From an uncultured Chthonomonadaceae bacterium (GTDB lineage Bacteria > Armatimonadota > Chthonomonadetes > Chthonomonadales > Chthonomonadaceae), in assembly GCA_963817895.1 (NCBI GenBank), contig CAWFQB010000014.1:384001-448000 (forward strand): a DNA stretch of 64,000 nucleotides, in the 5' to 3' direction. Numbering within the stretch: the stretch's first letter is position 1; each line of letters starts with the position of its first letter. Positions 21,442-31,108 of this stretch are shown here, piece after piece. Both the position numbers and the translations under genes were made by a program. The notes beneath the pieces are model-generated. The model did no database searches, was not told where the DNA came from, and saw only the letters and a program-made list of their open reading frames with translations.

Positions 21442-23685
21442 CTAGAGTTTAGACCCATTTACGGGCATCCAGGGAGTAAACGCGCCCATAGCATGGACTT
21501 TCACCCTGCGCTTCCATATCTTGTTTCCGGCAAAAGCGTACAGCGTGTCCCCTTCGCGCCCGCCCAGGCATACGCTAATGACGCGGCTGTGGTCAGGCAG
21601 GGGCAGGATTACCTGTGTGGGGCCGTCGTCCGCGCAGACCTGAACGCCCCAGCGCGTCGCCACCAACATCTGACCCTCTCTTGCGTAACATACGGACGCT
21701 ACGCCCGCGTCGTCTTCCCAATCCGAGACATGCAGCCAGAAGTAACGCTCTTTGTTGGTAAGCGTACCATCGGCGTTGATCTGGTAACTGCATACCCACT
21801 TTGATTGTCCTTCCGCCACAGACAGCAGCCACCGGTCAGGACGATAAGCAAGCCCGGCAGCGTTTTTCAGTCCCGAAGCCACCCGCGTTTTCTTGCCATC
21901 TTTGACAAACCAAACTTCACCTGCGCTCTTCGGCTTATCCTCGTTGACGCTGACGTAAAGCCCGCCGTCAGGGGTAGCGAGAACATAATCTCCGCGCATG
22001 CCCTCCGCGACAAGACGGCTTTTACCGGACAAGTCATAGCTCATGATTTTTCCTGTGACGTTTGAAACCGCGTAGAGTTGACCATCGGGTCCAAAAGTGA
22101 GACTATTGGCGTGTCCCGCATCGGACAAGAACTCTCTGACCTGTCCATCGAGATCCATACGATAGATTCTGTTGGCTGTTGTGTCCACAAAAAACACGTC
22201 GCCATTCGCATTACTTGACGCCCCCTGGAAGTTATGCTGCCCTGGGGAAACCCCTTTTGCACTTCTGTTCTTGCCAGGCTTCGCCGGGGAGGAGGATATC
22301 ACGAACGCGCGGCGCGCTCGGTCCGGCTTGCACCGGCTGCGGCCAGCCTTTCCACAGAAAACTCATGGCTTCTTGAAAATACTCATAGTAGCCCGCAACG
22401 TGTCCCCCATTGATGATGCGGAAAAAGTAATCGTAGCCCGAAAAGCGCAAAGCTTTGTCCATCTCTTGATCCAACAGGAACCAGTCACCCGCCGCGTTTT
22501 CCATATCCCCGTGCCTGTCGTGAGATAGGCGCGGATCGGTTTGGCCTCGAACTTACGCACAAAGGTCGGAAACTCATGGCCGCCGCGAAACGCGGTAAAA
22601 CTGCCGCTGTTGGCATACACGCGACTGAACGTTTCGGGACGTTCCCAGGCGGCATTGAAAGCGGCAATGCCCCCACTGCTGCCTCCGGCGATACAGCGAT
22701 CATTGCCGTTGGTGGAAAGTTTCAGACCGAACTCCTTTGTCACAAAAGGCAGCAATTCCTCCACCAGAAAACGGACATTGTTATCCCCAACGCCATCGTA
22801 TTCAAAATCCCGATTGCGCCGCCCCATTGTGCCTTTCATCGGGGCCGGCACGTCGCCGGGTCCGACAAAGATACCGATTGTCACCGGCATTTCGCCGGTC
22901 GCGATCAGCCTTTCCAGCAGGGGCTTTTCTCCGGGGTTGTAGCCATCGGTTTTGACATAGACACAGGCGGGCCTGGAGCCGTCGTATTGCGCCGGAATGA
23001 AGACCGCCAGGGGGCGAACGGTTCCCGGAAAAATTGTGCTGCGGGCAAAAGAAGCGTACTTGATCTCGCCCTTGAGAATTTTCTCCGGCGCGATGTCGGG
23101 AGCGACATAGGGGGCCGCGTCCGCAACGGAACCGGCGTTCGTCCCTGCGCCCAACGTACCCGCCAGCGGTTTGATGATCCACTGTAGATGCGCGTCACCG
23201 GGCGTATTGGTCCACAAGTCCTGCCTGGCGCCGGGATTTTGTTTCCCGCCAAAGTCGTCCAGCCCCTTTTCAGGCGCGTGTCCGGGCGTAAGGGTGTAGG
23301 TTCCGTTCTCGTTTTTGTGAAGTGACCACTCCTGCCAGGGCTGCCCTCTGTCGGTTTCCAACACAATCGCCGTGCCGTTCTCCGTTCCACCCTTTGCCGC
23401 CGACAGCGCCAGAGGGGAATTGGAAGCAGGCTTGATCGCAAAGAAGTTATTGCCTTTAGGCACAATAACCCATTTCTGATTTGCCGTGCCGGTTGGCCTG
23501 CCGAGGGATACCACCGTCCCCTCGTTTGTCCCCGCGCCCACGGCTTCCAGAACCAGTCCCGGTGCGCTGACTGGAATCAGGGCATACGCGCCCCAATCCT
23601 CTGCATAGGCGCGATTTGTCAGTATGCAGGCCAAAAGAACCGCGAGGAGGGGCAGTGTCCATCGGATGCTAAATTTCATCGGCAA
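21442..23685 (-). CDS. Ricin-B lectin + putative esterase + SMP-30/gluconolactonase fusion (several frameshifts at 22240-22510)
   Basis: NQKW/QEW/QW ricin repeats; GGSSGG nucleophile; NRDFEYD; propeller C-terminus ATRWGVQVC. Confidence 0.75.
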
Positions 23686-23797
23686 AATAGTCCTCCATCG
23701 TCATCTTATTCATTTGACCTCTTTCATAAGTCTACTCATTGAGATAGGCGCGGCATCGTCCACGAGGACTTATGAAAGAGGTCTATTGCTGTTGCTA

Positions 23798-26338
23798 TTA
23801 CGGCGTATTTCCCCTTACGGTATATCTTCCAGCGCGTTCAATGGCAACTGTTCGCCCCGGCAACTTTACCTGAGCGTGAATGTTGTCTGGCAGGCTTAGA
23901 GTGCAGACCATTCCATTCGCAGACTTTTCCACATGAATGTGGATATTGCCCTGCGGGGTTGGAACTGTGCCTTCTGCCCACGTCAGGTCTCCAAGTTCGG
24001 GCGCAATTATTACGTTTTTGAATCCGCCTGTTGTTGGCTGGACGCCAAGTATGGTCTCCGTCAGGTACGAAGTAGGGCCGCTTGACCAGCCATGACAGAG
24101 GCTGACATAGGGCATCTTAGTCAACGCCCGGTTCATATCTTGTGAGAAGGACGGATCAAAGACTTCCCACCAGGTCGTCGCCCCTCTCAAGAGCATCGCG
24201 CCCCAGTAGCGGCGCAGCAGATCAATTCCGGCCTGGTATTGCCCCATCTTCCCGTATGCGCTCAAGACATAATTTCCGTAGAACGGTGACATCACCTCGG
24301 ATCCCGCGAGATCGGGGCCGAGAGGCGCTTTCCATGCCGTAGCGCCTGCACGGAGCACTTCATTGTAGATGCGCGCCTGCTGTTGCAGAGTCGCAACGTC
24401 TGCATACACCGCCATCGAATTCTCCTGGACGCTGCTGCCATACGTTTGTGTTTGCGGGTTGATAAGCAGGCTGCGCGCGGCCTGAGTTAGCGTGTCGGCC
24501 CAGGCGCTGTATTTCTCGGCATTGGCCGTATCGCCAAGCGCCCTGAGAAGAAACACGGCCTGACGGACACCGTAAGTAGCGAACAAATGGGTGGTGGCGA
24601 GCGTTTGCGGCGTGTCTCTCACATAATTGGGCACCCAGTCGCAAAAATCCCACGCGTGTTTGGGATTCGAAAACAGGTTTCGGTTGTCGAACTCGGTCTG
24701 CTGATAGGCAAGCAGAGAAAGGATGTTCTGGCGCTGGCTTCGCAGGAACGCGAGGTCTCCGTCATGCCGGTAGAAGTCAGCGAGAACGCCGAACCAGGAT
24801 GCGGTATATCCGGGAATATCGTTGATGTCCCCAACCGGCATCTGTGTGTCGGGCCGACCACCCTGGGCGCTGGCTCGCCCTCCGGCGATGCTTTTTTCCA
24901 TGAGGAAACGATCCGCAAAAACGTTGTTAATGGTTTCTCCGGTGACGTGCATGTCGCCAATCCACAGGCCCCGATCCCGCTTGGGCGCGTCCCAGATGTC
25001 TTCCTGCATACACAGATGCGCGGTATAAGCGCCGGTGTACCATATACGGGTGAGGAGCGGGTCAGAGCAGGCGAAAGCCCCCTTATATTCCACAGGATAG
25101 TACTTGAAGTCGCAGTCGGCTTTCGTGAGCGTGACGGGTTGCTCGCCCGGGAAGGTCAGAAGCGCGTAACGGAAGGCCGTGTAAGGCGTTGTTTGGACCT
25201 CTGCGCCGTTTAGCGTGAGGAGCCAGGGTCCGCTGTTGTCAATGGTAAGCAATCGCGCATCCTTTAAAAGATGCAGGCAAGCTTCCCGCGATTCGCCCGT
25301 ATGGACCTCTACTCTGGCGCCGGACGTGCCCGCGATATCAAGACGACCCGACAACTCCCTGCCGAAGTCCAGCAGGATTTGTCTGGGGCCGGTAGAGGTG
25401 ACGGATACCGGTTTACCGATTAAGAGCCTATCCCAATAGGCCATTGCATTTGCGTCCGAAGGACGCTTGGCCGCAGACCACTCAGACGGGTACGTTCTTT
25501 GTACCCGGCTTATTGGGATAAGCTCTAAGGCTGCCGAATGGCCGCGCATCAGGCTATGGAGGTTTTGCATCCTCTCTACGTCGGATAGAGCCTCAACTGC
25601 AATTGGCCGCATGGTCATGTGCGCCATGTACCAGGCGGCGGCATTGGCATGCGGCCAATTCTTCACGCCACTTCCCCATACGCCCGTGCCAATGGAGCCT
25701 TCATCGGTCGCATTCTGCCAGGCGGAATCGTTAAAGGAAGCATCCAGCCAGTCACTCGGAGGTGTTGTCAGCACTGCCTTCCAGTAGCTGCCGCTGACAA
25801 CGGCTGTCACGCCGTTGACGTCAAGCTTCACCACAATCCCTGCCGCGCCACCGCCCTTATTGATCCCTTTTACGGCGAGGACGTTCTTGCCGACGCGCAG
25901 GTACTCTGTGACAGCCACCTTGTGTACATGCGACCACCCTTGCTCGATTGGTTGGGTTTCCTCTATCTGATGACCGTTCAGGTACAGCATGAACGCATCG
26001 TCGCCCGTGATCCAAACCTGGGCAGCGCGAGGCTTGGAGCGGAGGGTAAATACCGAACGCGCATGGAACTGTTGATCGCCGACAACAGGACCGAGCCATA
26101 TCCAATGTGCCGTCTCGGTAGCTTTCGGCGGCGTGAGAGGCGGCGTTAGCCTATTGTACGTGGGATCGGGGATCCAAATCGTCTTCCCCGTGTCAGATGG
26201 GGAAGACGCAATATGCGCGCTACCAGACAGCGTCGGCACATTGTCGTCGGCTACGGTCATTCCTGCTAAGGCCAGAGATAGAACTGCCAACACGAGCATC
26301 GCAAGCAGAGGCGACGTTCTCACTTTCGCAGGAATCAC
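23798..26338 (-). CDS. GH78 alpha-L-rhamnosidase
   Basis: DFGRE, WDAPKRDRGLWIGD, GATTWWE, SLCHGWSSGP, VPTPQG. Confidence 0.9.
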   Translation of the reverse strand: MIPAKVRTSPLLAMLVLAVLSLALAGMTVADDNVPTLSGSAHIASSPSDTGKTIWIPDPTYNRLTPPLTPPKATETAHWIWLGPVVGDQQFHARSVFTLRSKPRAAQVWITGDDAFMLYLNGHQIEETQPIEQGWSHVHKVAVTEYLRVGKNVLAVKGINKGGGAAGIVVKLDVNGVTAVVSGSYWKAVLTTPPSDWLDASFNDSAWQNATDEGSIGTGVWGSGVKNWPHANAAAWYMAHMTMRPIAVEALSDVERMQNLHSLMRGHSAALELIPISRVQRTYPSEWSAAKRPSDANAMAYWDRLLIGKPVSVTSTGPRQILLDFGRELSGRLDIAGTSGARVEVHTGESREACLHLLKDARLLTIDNSGPWLLTLNGAEVQTTPYTAFRYALLTFPGEQPVTLTKADCDFKYYPVEYKGAFACSDPLLTRIWYTGAYTAHLCMQEDIWDAPKRDRGLWIGDMHVTGETINNVFADRFLMEKSIAGGRASAQGGRPDTQMPVGDINDIPGYTASWFGVLADFYRHDGDLAFLRSQRQNILSLLAYQQTEFDNRNLFSNPKHAWDFCDWVPNYVRDTPQTLATTHLFATYGVRQAVFLLRALGDTANAEKYSAWADTLTQAARSLLINPQTQTYGSSVQENSMAVYADVATLQQQARIYNEVLRAGATAWKAPLGPDLAGSEVMSPFYGNYVLSAYGKMGQYQAGIDLLRRYWGAMLLRGATTWWEVFDPSFSQDMNRALTKMPYVSLCHGWSSGPTSYLTETILGVQPTTGGFKNVIIAPELGDLTWAEGTVPTPQGNIHIHVEKSANGMVCTLSLPDNIHAQVKLPGRTVAIERAGRYTVRGNTP

Positions 26339-26470
26339 TTCTTATGCCTCCGTGTGTCAATGCTACAGCAAGGACTGTGCCTGTATGCCCATCTGTAGCG
26401 CTTGCCCCAATACTTTACAGAAGGAACGCGCCAGATAGACCGCTGTTCGTCTTTTTGATGGGTTCGTTCT

Positions 26471-28072
26471 TCACAGCGGCAAGTTGTTGGCCTGTGTGAT
26501 AGGCGCACTGCCCCGTTCGACGCTTACGCCACCCGCGCCGAAATTGCCGATAGCGAGGAACTGCCGGGTCTTCGAGGTGGAATACAAGTCCGGGCGACCA
26601 TCGAGGCGAAAGTCACAGCCCATTACCCGCACATCTCCCCCGTTTGCCTGAATACAGGCGTCATTGGCGCTGATCCCCCACGTCTGGAACTGACAACTCG
26701 TAAACGTCACTTCGGGACTGGAAACGTTGGGCGCGCCATAAGGAGCGGCGTTAATCATTACCGCCGAGCCATAAGCGTTCCAGAAATTGCAGTTCACGAA
26801 CGACAGGCGTCCGGTGAAGGTAGGAGCGGTATAAACGTTGTAGTGGGTCCTGGAATCATTCAACGCGACGAAATCACAGTCTGTAAAAGTGATACCCGGT
26901 ATGGCGACATCGTCCACATAGACGGGCTGCGCTGTCAAATCCGCCCCGCAGCCGATCAGGCGACCGTAAGAACGGTTATCGGCATTGGGCGTATGGCTGG
27001 GATTCACGGCGAAATGGTAGCCGATATGGTACCCCAGGCAGAACGTATCAATCAGGCGGAACTGGTCGTTACGGCCAATCTCGAAGGCCGTGCCATGTTC
27101 CATTTGCCACTGCCAGATGCCCGGTCTTCCCTTCGGCGGCCCAAGAAGCGAGGTGTTGTTATTGAACTGGGGAACAAAATGGACGGACTCGACGCGGTCT
27201 ACGTCGGCGCTGTTGTCGAAGCTGATGCCTTTAAAAGTGGGCTGGCCCGTAATATGGTCAATCCAGACACGCACAGAACCCCAGGCTTTGATCCCCTGAT
27301 ACATGTTGACGATGGCGACGTTGGAGACGCGACTTGCATCCCCGACAATGCTGATCGCCCATGGCGCGGGCGTGGGGGCTGTGGCGTCTTCGGCATTCGT
27401 TTGCAGCGGGTTGTAGATGGCGACACCCTCGACTACCGAATTGGTGTTCACGGTAAGGAAGGGCGGCGCGTCCGCATGGCCGAAGCCTTCGACCATGCCC
27501 AGCGTGGTTCCGCCCGCCAGCGGACTTTGCTCGGGAGACTGCCCGCCCGGCAACGCGCCTGCGAGACTGGCCGGCAGCATCAAGTCGCCGCGCAGGCGCA
27601 CGAAGCGCGGGATGTTGAGTGTGCCGAGCAGCAGATAGGCGCCACTCGGCACTTCAACCTTGCCGCCGCGCGCCTTGAACTGCGCGTCCAGAGCGTTCTG
27701 AAAAGCGGCGGTATTGTCGGTGCCGTAGGCAGCCCGCCCATTCGTGACGCTTGTGGTCGCCTCTGCTTGCAGGGTCGCAGAGTGCAGACCAGGAACCGCC
27801 ATGATTTTGGTTGTCAACACTCCCCCGGATACGCCCGCGCCGCCGATAGCAATGGACTTGCCGATATCGGCGTGGGTGAACGTGGCAGAAACGGAGGAAA
27901 GCGTCTTTGAGTTGCCACGGATTGCCGCGTCGCTCACCAATTTCATATCGGCTCTGGCGGCATAGGGAGCGTCCGTGACGCTTCGATTCGACGCCATGGC
28001 GCGGATACCAGCCTGGCAAGTGAGAAGGGCGCAAGCGACAAGAACAAGGAGAGAAAGGGAGCGTATTTTCAT
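26471..28072 (-). CDS. Exported right-handed beta-helix (pectate lyase 3/GH28-related) protein
   Basis: Signal peptide; GTDNTAAFQNALD..GGKVEVPSGAY; repeated FxxCxF beta-helix motifs. Confidence 0.75.
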   Translation of the reverse strand: MKIRSLSLLVLVACALLTCQAGIRAMASNRSVTDAPYAARADMKLVSDAAIRGNSKTLSSVSATFTHADIGKSIAIGGAGVSGGVLTTKIMAVPGLHSATLQAEATTSVTNGRAAYGTDNTAAFQNALDAQFKARGGKVEVPSGAYLLLGTLNIPRFVRLRGDLMLPASLAGALPGGQSPEQSPLAGGTTLGMVEGFGHADAPPFLTVNTNSVVEGVAIYNPLQTNAEDATAPTPAPWAISIVGDASRVSNVAIVNMYQGIKAWGSVRVWIDHITGQPTFKGISFDNSADVDRVESVHFVPQFNNNTSLLGPPKGRPGIWQWQMEHGTAFEIGRNDQFRLIDTFCLGYHIGYHFAVNPSHTPNADNRSYGRLIGCGADLTAQPVYVDDVAIPGITFTDCDFVALNDSRTHYNVYTAPTFTGRLSFVNCNFWNAYGSAVMINAAPYGAPNVSSPEVTFTSCQFQTWGISANDACIQANGGDVRVMGCDFRLDGRPDLYSTSKTRQFLAIGNFGAGGVSVERGSAPITQANNLPL

Positions 28073-28477
28073 GTCTGCTAATTCGTCATCTCACGCCTGA
28101 ATCCTTCTCGCCTTTTCCAACGCTCCTCATTTTCGATAGGTTTGCCGTATAACGCATAGTCGTCGTAATCTGTGGCTGCAACGACGACGCAAAGGACGGG
28201 ATAGTAGAGTTGCTGATTTTCGTCCAGTTCGTTGCGGCGCGTATTGCCTGTGATATGAATCTGTGGAAATATTAAAGTTTAATTTTGCCAGGCAGTTTTA
28301 GCAGGATTTCGTCCGCGAATGTTGAAATATAACCTGAAAGTAGTTATTTTTTATGAATAACGGTATCGTTCTTGCATAGAGCGAAAAACCGCAACCGCAA
28401 ATCACTACCAGCGTCTATTGCCTTATACCCGGTAAAATCTATCAGGTAAAAGGCAACTCTTAGAAGTGAGGAATCCT

Positions 28478-29062
28478 ATGCCCGTCACACTTACCCCTGA
28501 CCTGATGAAAGAATATGTGGACTTGTTCCACGCCTGCGTGATTGTGCCAGCCAAAAAGCCGGAGGTGATAGCGATTGCGAAGCAAATTATTGCCAACCAG
28601 TCTCGCTATGAAATCGTGGCGCAGGCGACGCATGTGCCCTGGTATGTGATTGGCGCCATCCATAATCTGGAAAGCAGCCTGGACTTTCACACGCACCTGC
28701 ACAATGGCGATCCGCTTACGGCGCGAACAGTCCATGTGCCGGCGCATCGGCCTGTCGCGGGACAGCCGCCATTTACATGGGAATTCAGCGCGGAGGACGC
28801 CCTGCGCTACGACAGTCTGGCCGACAAACCGACATGGACGCTTGCCGAAACGCTGTACCGCATTGAGGGTTATAACGGATTCGGTTATCGCCATCGTCAG
28901 CCGCCCGTGCCGTCACCCTATCTGTGGTGTTGGTCGAACCAATACAGCAAGGGCAAATATGTGGAGGATGGAAAATTCGACCCGAATGCGGTTTCCAACC
29001 AGTGCGGGGCGGCCACCCTGCTGCATTATCTGGCGTTCACAGGCGTAATTACGCCGGCGTGA
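28478..29062 (+). CDS. Lysozyme-family protein (COG5526-like), no signal peptide
   Basis: IHNLES, LHNGDPL, HVPAHRP, EGYNGFGY, SPYLW, GKYVEDG. Confidence 0.85.
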   Translation: MPVTLTPDLMKEYVDLFHACVIVPAKKPEVIAIAKQIIANQSRYEIVAQATHVPWYVIGAIHNLESSLDFHTHLHNGDPLTARTVHVPAHRPVAGQPPFTWEFSAEDALRYDSLADKPTWTLAETLYRIEGYNGFGYRHRQPPVPSPYLWCWSNQYSKGKYVEDGKFDPNAVSNQCGAATLLHYLAFTGVITPA

Positions 29063-29084
29063 GACAGTGCAGGGCCGTTCCAAT

Positions 29085-30113
29085 TCAGGAAGCGTAAACT
29101 TTACTGCTCACGACCGCTTCCACTTCCTGACTCTGGGTCGCGAGGTTGGCGGCAGTCGGGGTTGCTGTTATGTCGGGCGTCGGGGGCGCGGCCATTTTCG
29201 CCATCGCTTCGCTGAGTTTTTGCGTCCAGCTTGTCAGTTCCGCGGACAGAATATCTTCGGTAAAGCTGACCAGTTTATCCCGGTTGTCCGGCAGCGCGCG
29301 CTCGGCCTCGCTCAACTCGTTGCGCCACCAGCGATCCACGCGCGCCAGGCTGTTGCCGCTTTGATTGTACTGCGCCAGCGTGACCTCGATTTGCCGCTGC
29401 TGTAGATAGCTGACGGCGGCGGTCGTCACCGCCGCTGTCAGCGGAATCCACAGGGGCTGTTTGAGCAGCGCGAGTACGGTTCCCGCCGTACCCGCCGCAA
29501 TGCTGATTCCATGCAGCCATTGCGCGTGACGGTTCAGTTTCTGAACCCGGCGATGGTAGTACGCGGCCTGATCCGTCAGGCGCAGGGAAACGTAACGATC
29601 CGGCGTCATGGGAAAGGCTTCCGCGTTCGTATTTTCTAAACTCTCTTCTGTTCCGGCCTGCGCTGCGCTTGCGGGCGGCGGCGCTTGCAGGATAGCGTCG
29701 CCCAATCCCGCAGAAATCGCGTTCAGGCGATGGTAGAGCAGGGAGGGTTCGGCATGGCCCCGGTATTCGCCCGCCTGCATCAGATAGCCGTAAATTTCCC
29801 GCTGCGTGGCCTGCGCGCCCGCGCGTAACGCGAGCCACTTTTCACCCGGTTTGAAGTGACTCAACGCGCTCAACAGCCCGGACGTGGTGGCCGTCACCAG
29901 CACAATCGCAGCGGTGAAAACCGCGTCCGGCACAAACGTCATTTTCCAGAGGGCATTGGTTGGCGGCGTTTGTCGCCATGCCATCAGCGTCGCCAGCAGC
30001 GTGGCCCCAAGGCCGAGCAGCAGCAGCGCGCCCTGATAGCGCCGAAAATTCCTTTGCTGCCGCCCCGCGTTGTAGTCATAGCTTGCATATAACTTCCAAG
30101 CATCCGTTAGCAT
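29085..30113 (-). CDS. Double SLATT (DUF4231-like) four-TM membrane protein
   Basis: Two TM hairpins; KWLALRAGAQATQREIYGY; YVSLRLTDQAAYY; YNQS. Confidence 0.8.
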   Translation of the reverse strand: MLTDAWKLYASYDYNAGRQQRNFRRYQGALLLLGLGATLLATLMAWRQTPPTNALWKMTFVPDAVFTAAIVLVTATTSGLLSALSHFKPGEKWLALRAGAQATQREIYGYLMQAGEYRGHAEPSLLYHRLNAISAGLGDAILQAPPPASAAQAGTEESLENTNAEAFPMTPDRYVSLRLTDQAAYYHRRVQKLNRHAQWLHGISIAAGTAGTVLALLKQPLWIPLTAAVTTAAVSYLQQRQIEVTLAQYNQSGNSLARVDRWWRNELSEAERALPDNRDKLVSFTEDILSAELTSWTQKLSEAMAKMAAPPTPDITATPTAANLATQSQEVEAVVSSKVYAS

Positions 30114-30146
30114 TGTCGTGGTCTACTCCTTCAGGCATTGGGAGAT

Positions 30147-30971
30147 TCAGGCGTTGCCGATCAGGGCGCGCGTCAAAGCATCCGCGGCATCGGCAAGCGT
30201 ACTCACAGTCAAATGTTCGCCGGCAGCGATTTCCGCAAGTTCGGCATCGGCTGGCGTGAGCAATGGCTGTTGTTTAGTTGGGGTGAGCGCAGGCTGTAGT
30301 TTGGCCTGCGCGATCTGATCGGCCAGCCGTCCGGTTCCTTGCAGCGCGATCAGCGGCCAGCCGCGCCGAACGCAGGACAGGGCTTCCTGTCTGGCAATGT
30401 TTCCGCCATTGAACAGCAGCGCGGCCACCGGGCGCAATCCGGCTTTTTGCCCCGCCAGCGCGGCAGCCAATCGGAACATGGTTTCGGTTTCGCTCCCCCA
30501 CTCCCCGGTTGGCGTCAGCGCGAAATGCGAATGGTTGGGGTCGAGACGGGCAAGTCCGGCGGTTTCCGCTTCCGGCACATCGTTAAAACCACAAATTTCC
30601 GCCATTTGCGCCTTGCCGGTAAACGTCACCGCGCCGAATGGAGCCACGCCAAGCATAATCGGGCGTGGCGTTTCTTCCGCCCCCAATCTGCCCACGATCT
30701 CCATAATGCCCGACTGTGTGCCGCCGTCTATAATCAGAACACCCCTGTCCGCCACTATGGGCAGAATGGCATTGCGAAAACAGGCGGCGATTTCGGTTTT
30801 CAGCCCCGATTCCATCCCGGCAGCCCCGCCAAAAATCATCAACACGGCCTGCGGCGCGGCGATTTCAAGCGCATCCAGAATGTCCCCGGCTTCGGCATCG
30901 TCGAGAGTAACCACCATACGCGCCCGCCACTCCCCGCCGAAACTAATTTCCTGTGCCGCCATCAACGCCAT
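30147..30971 (-). CDS. SLOG superfamily protein, LSDAT/TRPM-like clade (start approximate)
   Basis: FGGA, IIDGGTQSGIM, LGVAP, LDPNHSHF, WGSET, NGG, GTGRLAD. Confidence 0.85.
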   Translation of the reverse strand: MALMAAQEISFGGEWRARMVVTLDDAEAGDILDALEIAAPQAVLMIFGGAAGMESGLKTEIAACFRNAILPIVADRGVLIIDGGTQSGIMEIVGRLGAEETPRPIMLGVAPFGAVTFTGKAQMAEICGFNDVPEAETAGLARLDPNHSHFALTPTGEWGSETETMFRLAAALAGQKAGLRPVAALLFNGGNIARQEALSCVRRGWPLIALQGTGRLADQIAQAKLQPALTPTKQQPLLTPADAELAEIAAGEHLTVSTLADAADALTRALIGNA

Positions 30972-31004
30972 TCGGTTTGTCTTCCATTCCCTGTAATGAA
31001 AATA

Positions 31005-31072
31005 GCCCTCAACCCCCGCCCCTTCTCTCAAAAAAGCCTGGGAGAAGGGGAGTCACTTGTTTGGGAGAGGGG
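31005..31072. repeat. REP-like palindromic element (CCCTCAACCCC..CCCCTTCTC../..GGGAGAAGGGG)
   Basis: Near-identical copies at 37218-37264, 37271-37317 and 44868-44931. Confidence 0.85.
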
Positions 31073-31108
31073 TGTCCTTCCCTGCGGGTGGACGCCATCC
31101 AGCGCGGG

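Noticed and set aside
28100..28150. Possible c-di-GMP-I riboswitch on the minus strand (GGCAAACC..GAAA..GG)
   Set aside because: The stem around GAAA does not pair and GACGCAAAG does not follow on that strand; an Infernal scan would be needed to revive it
26471..29062. Prophage remnant (tailspike-like beta-helix plus lysozyme)
   Set aside because: The beta-helix protein has a signal peptide and sits in a CAZyme cluster; no structural, terminase or integrase genes are present
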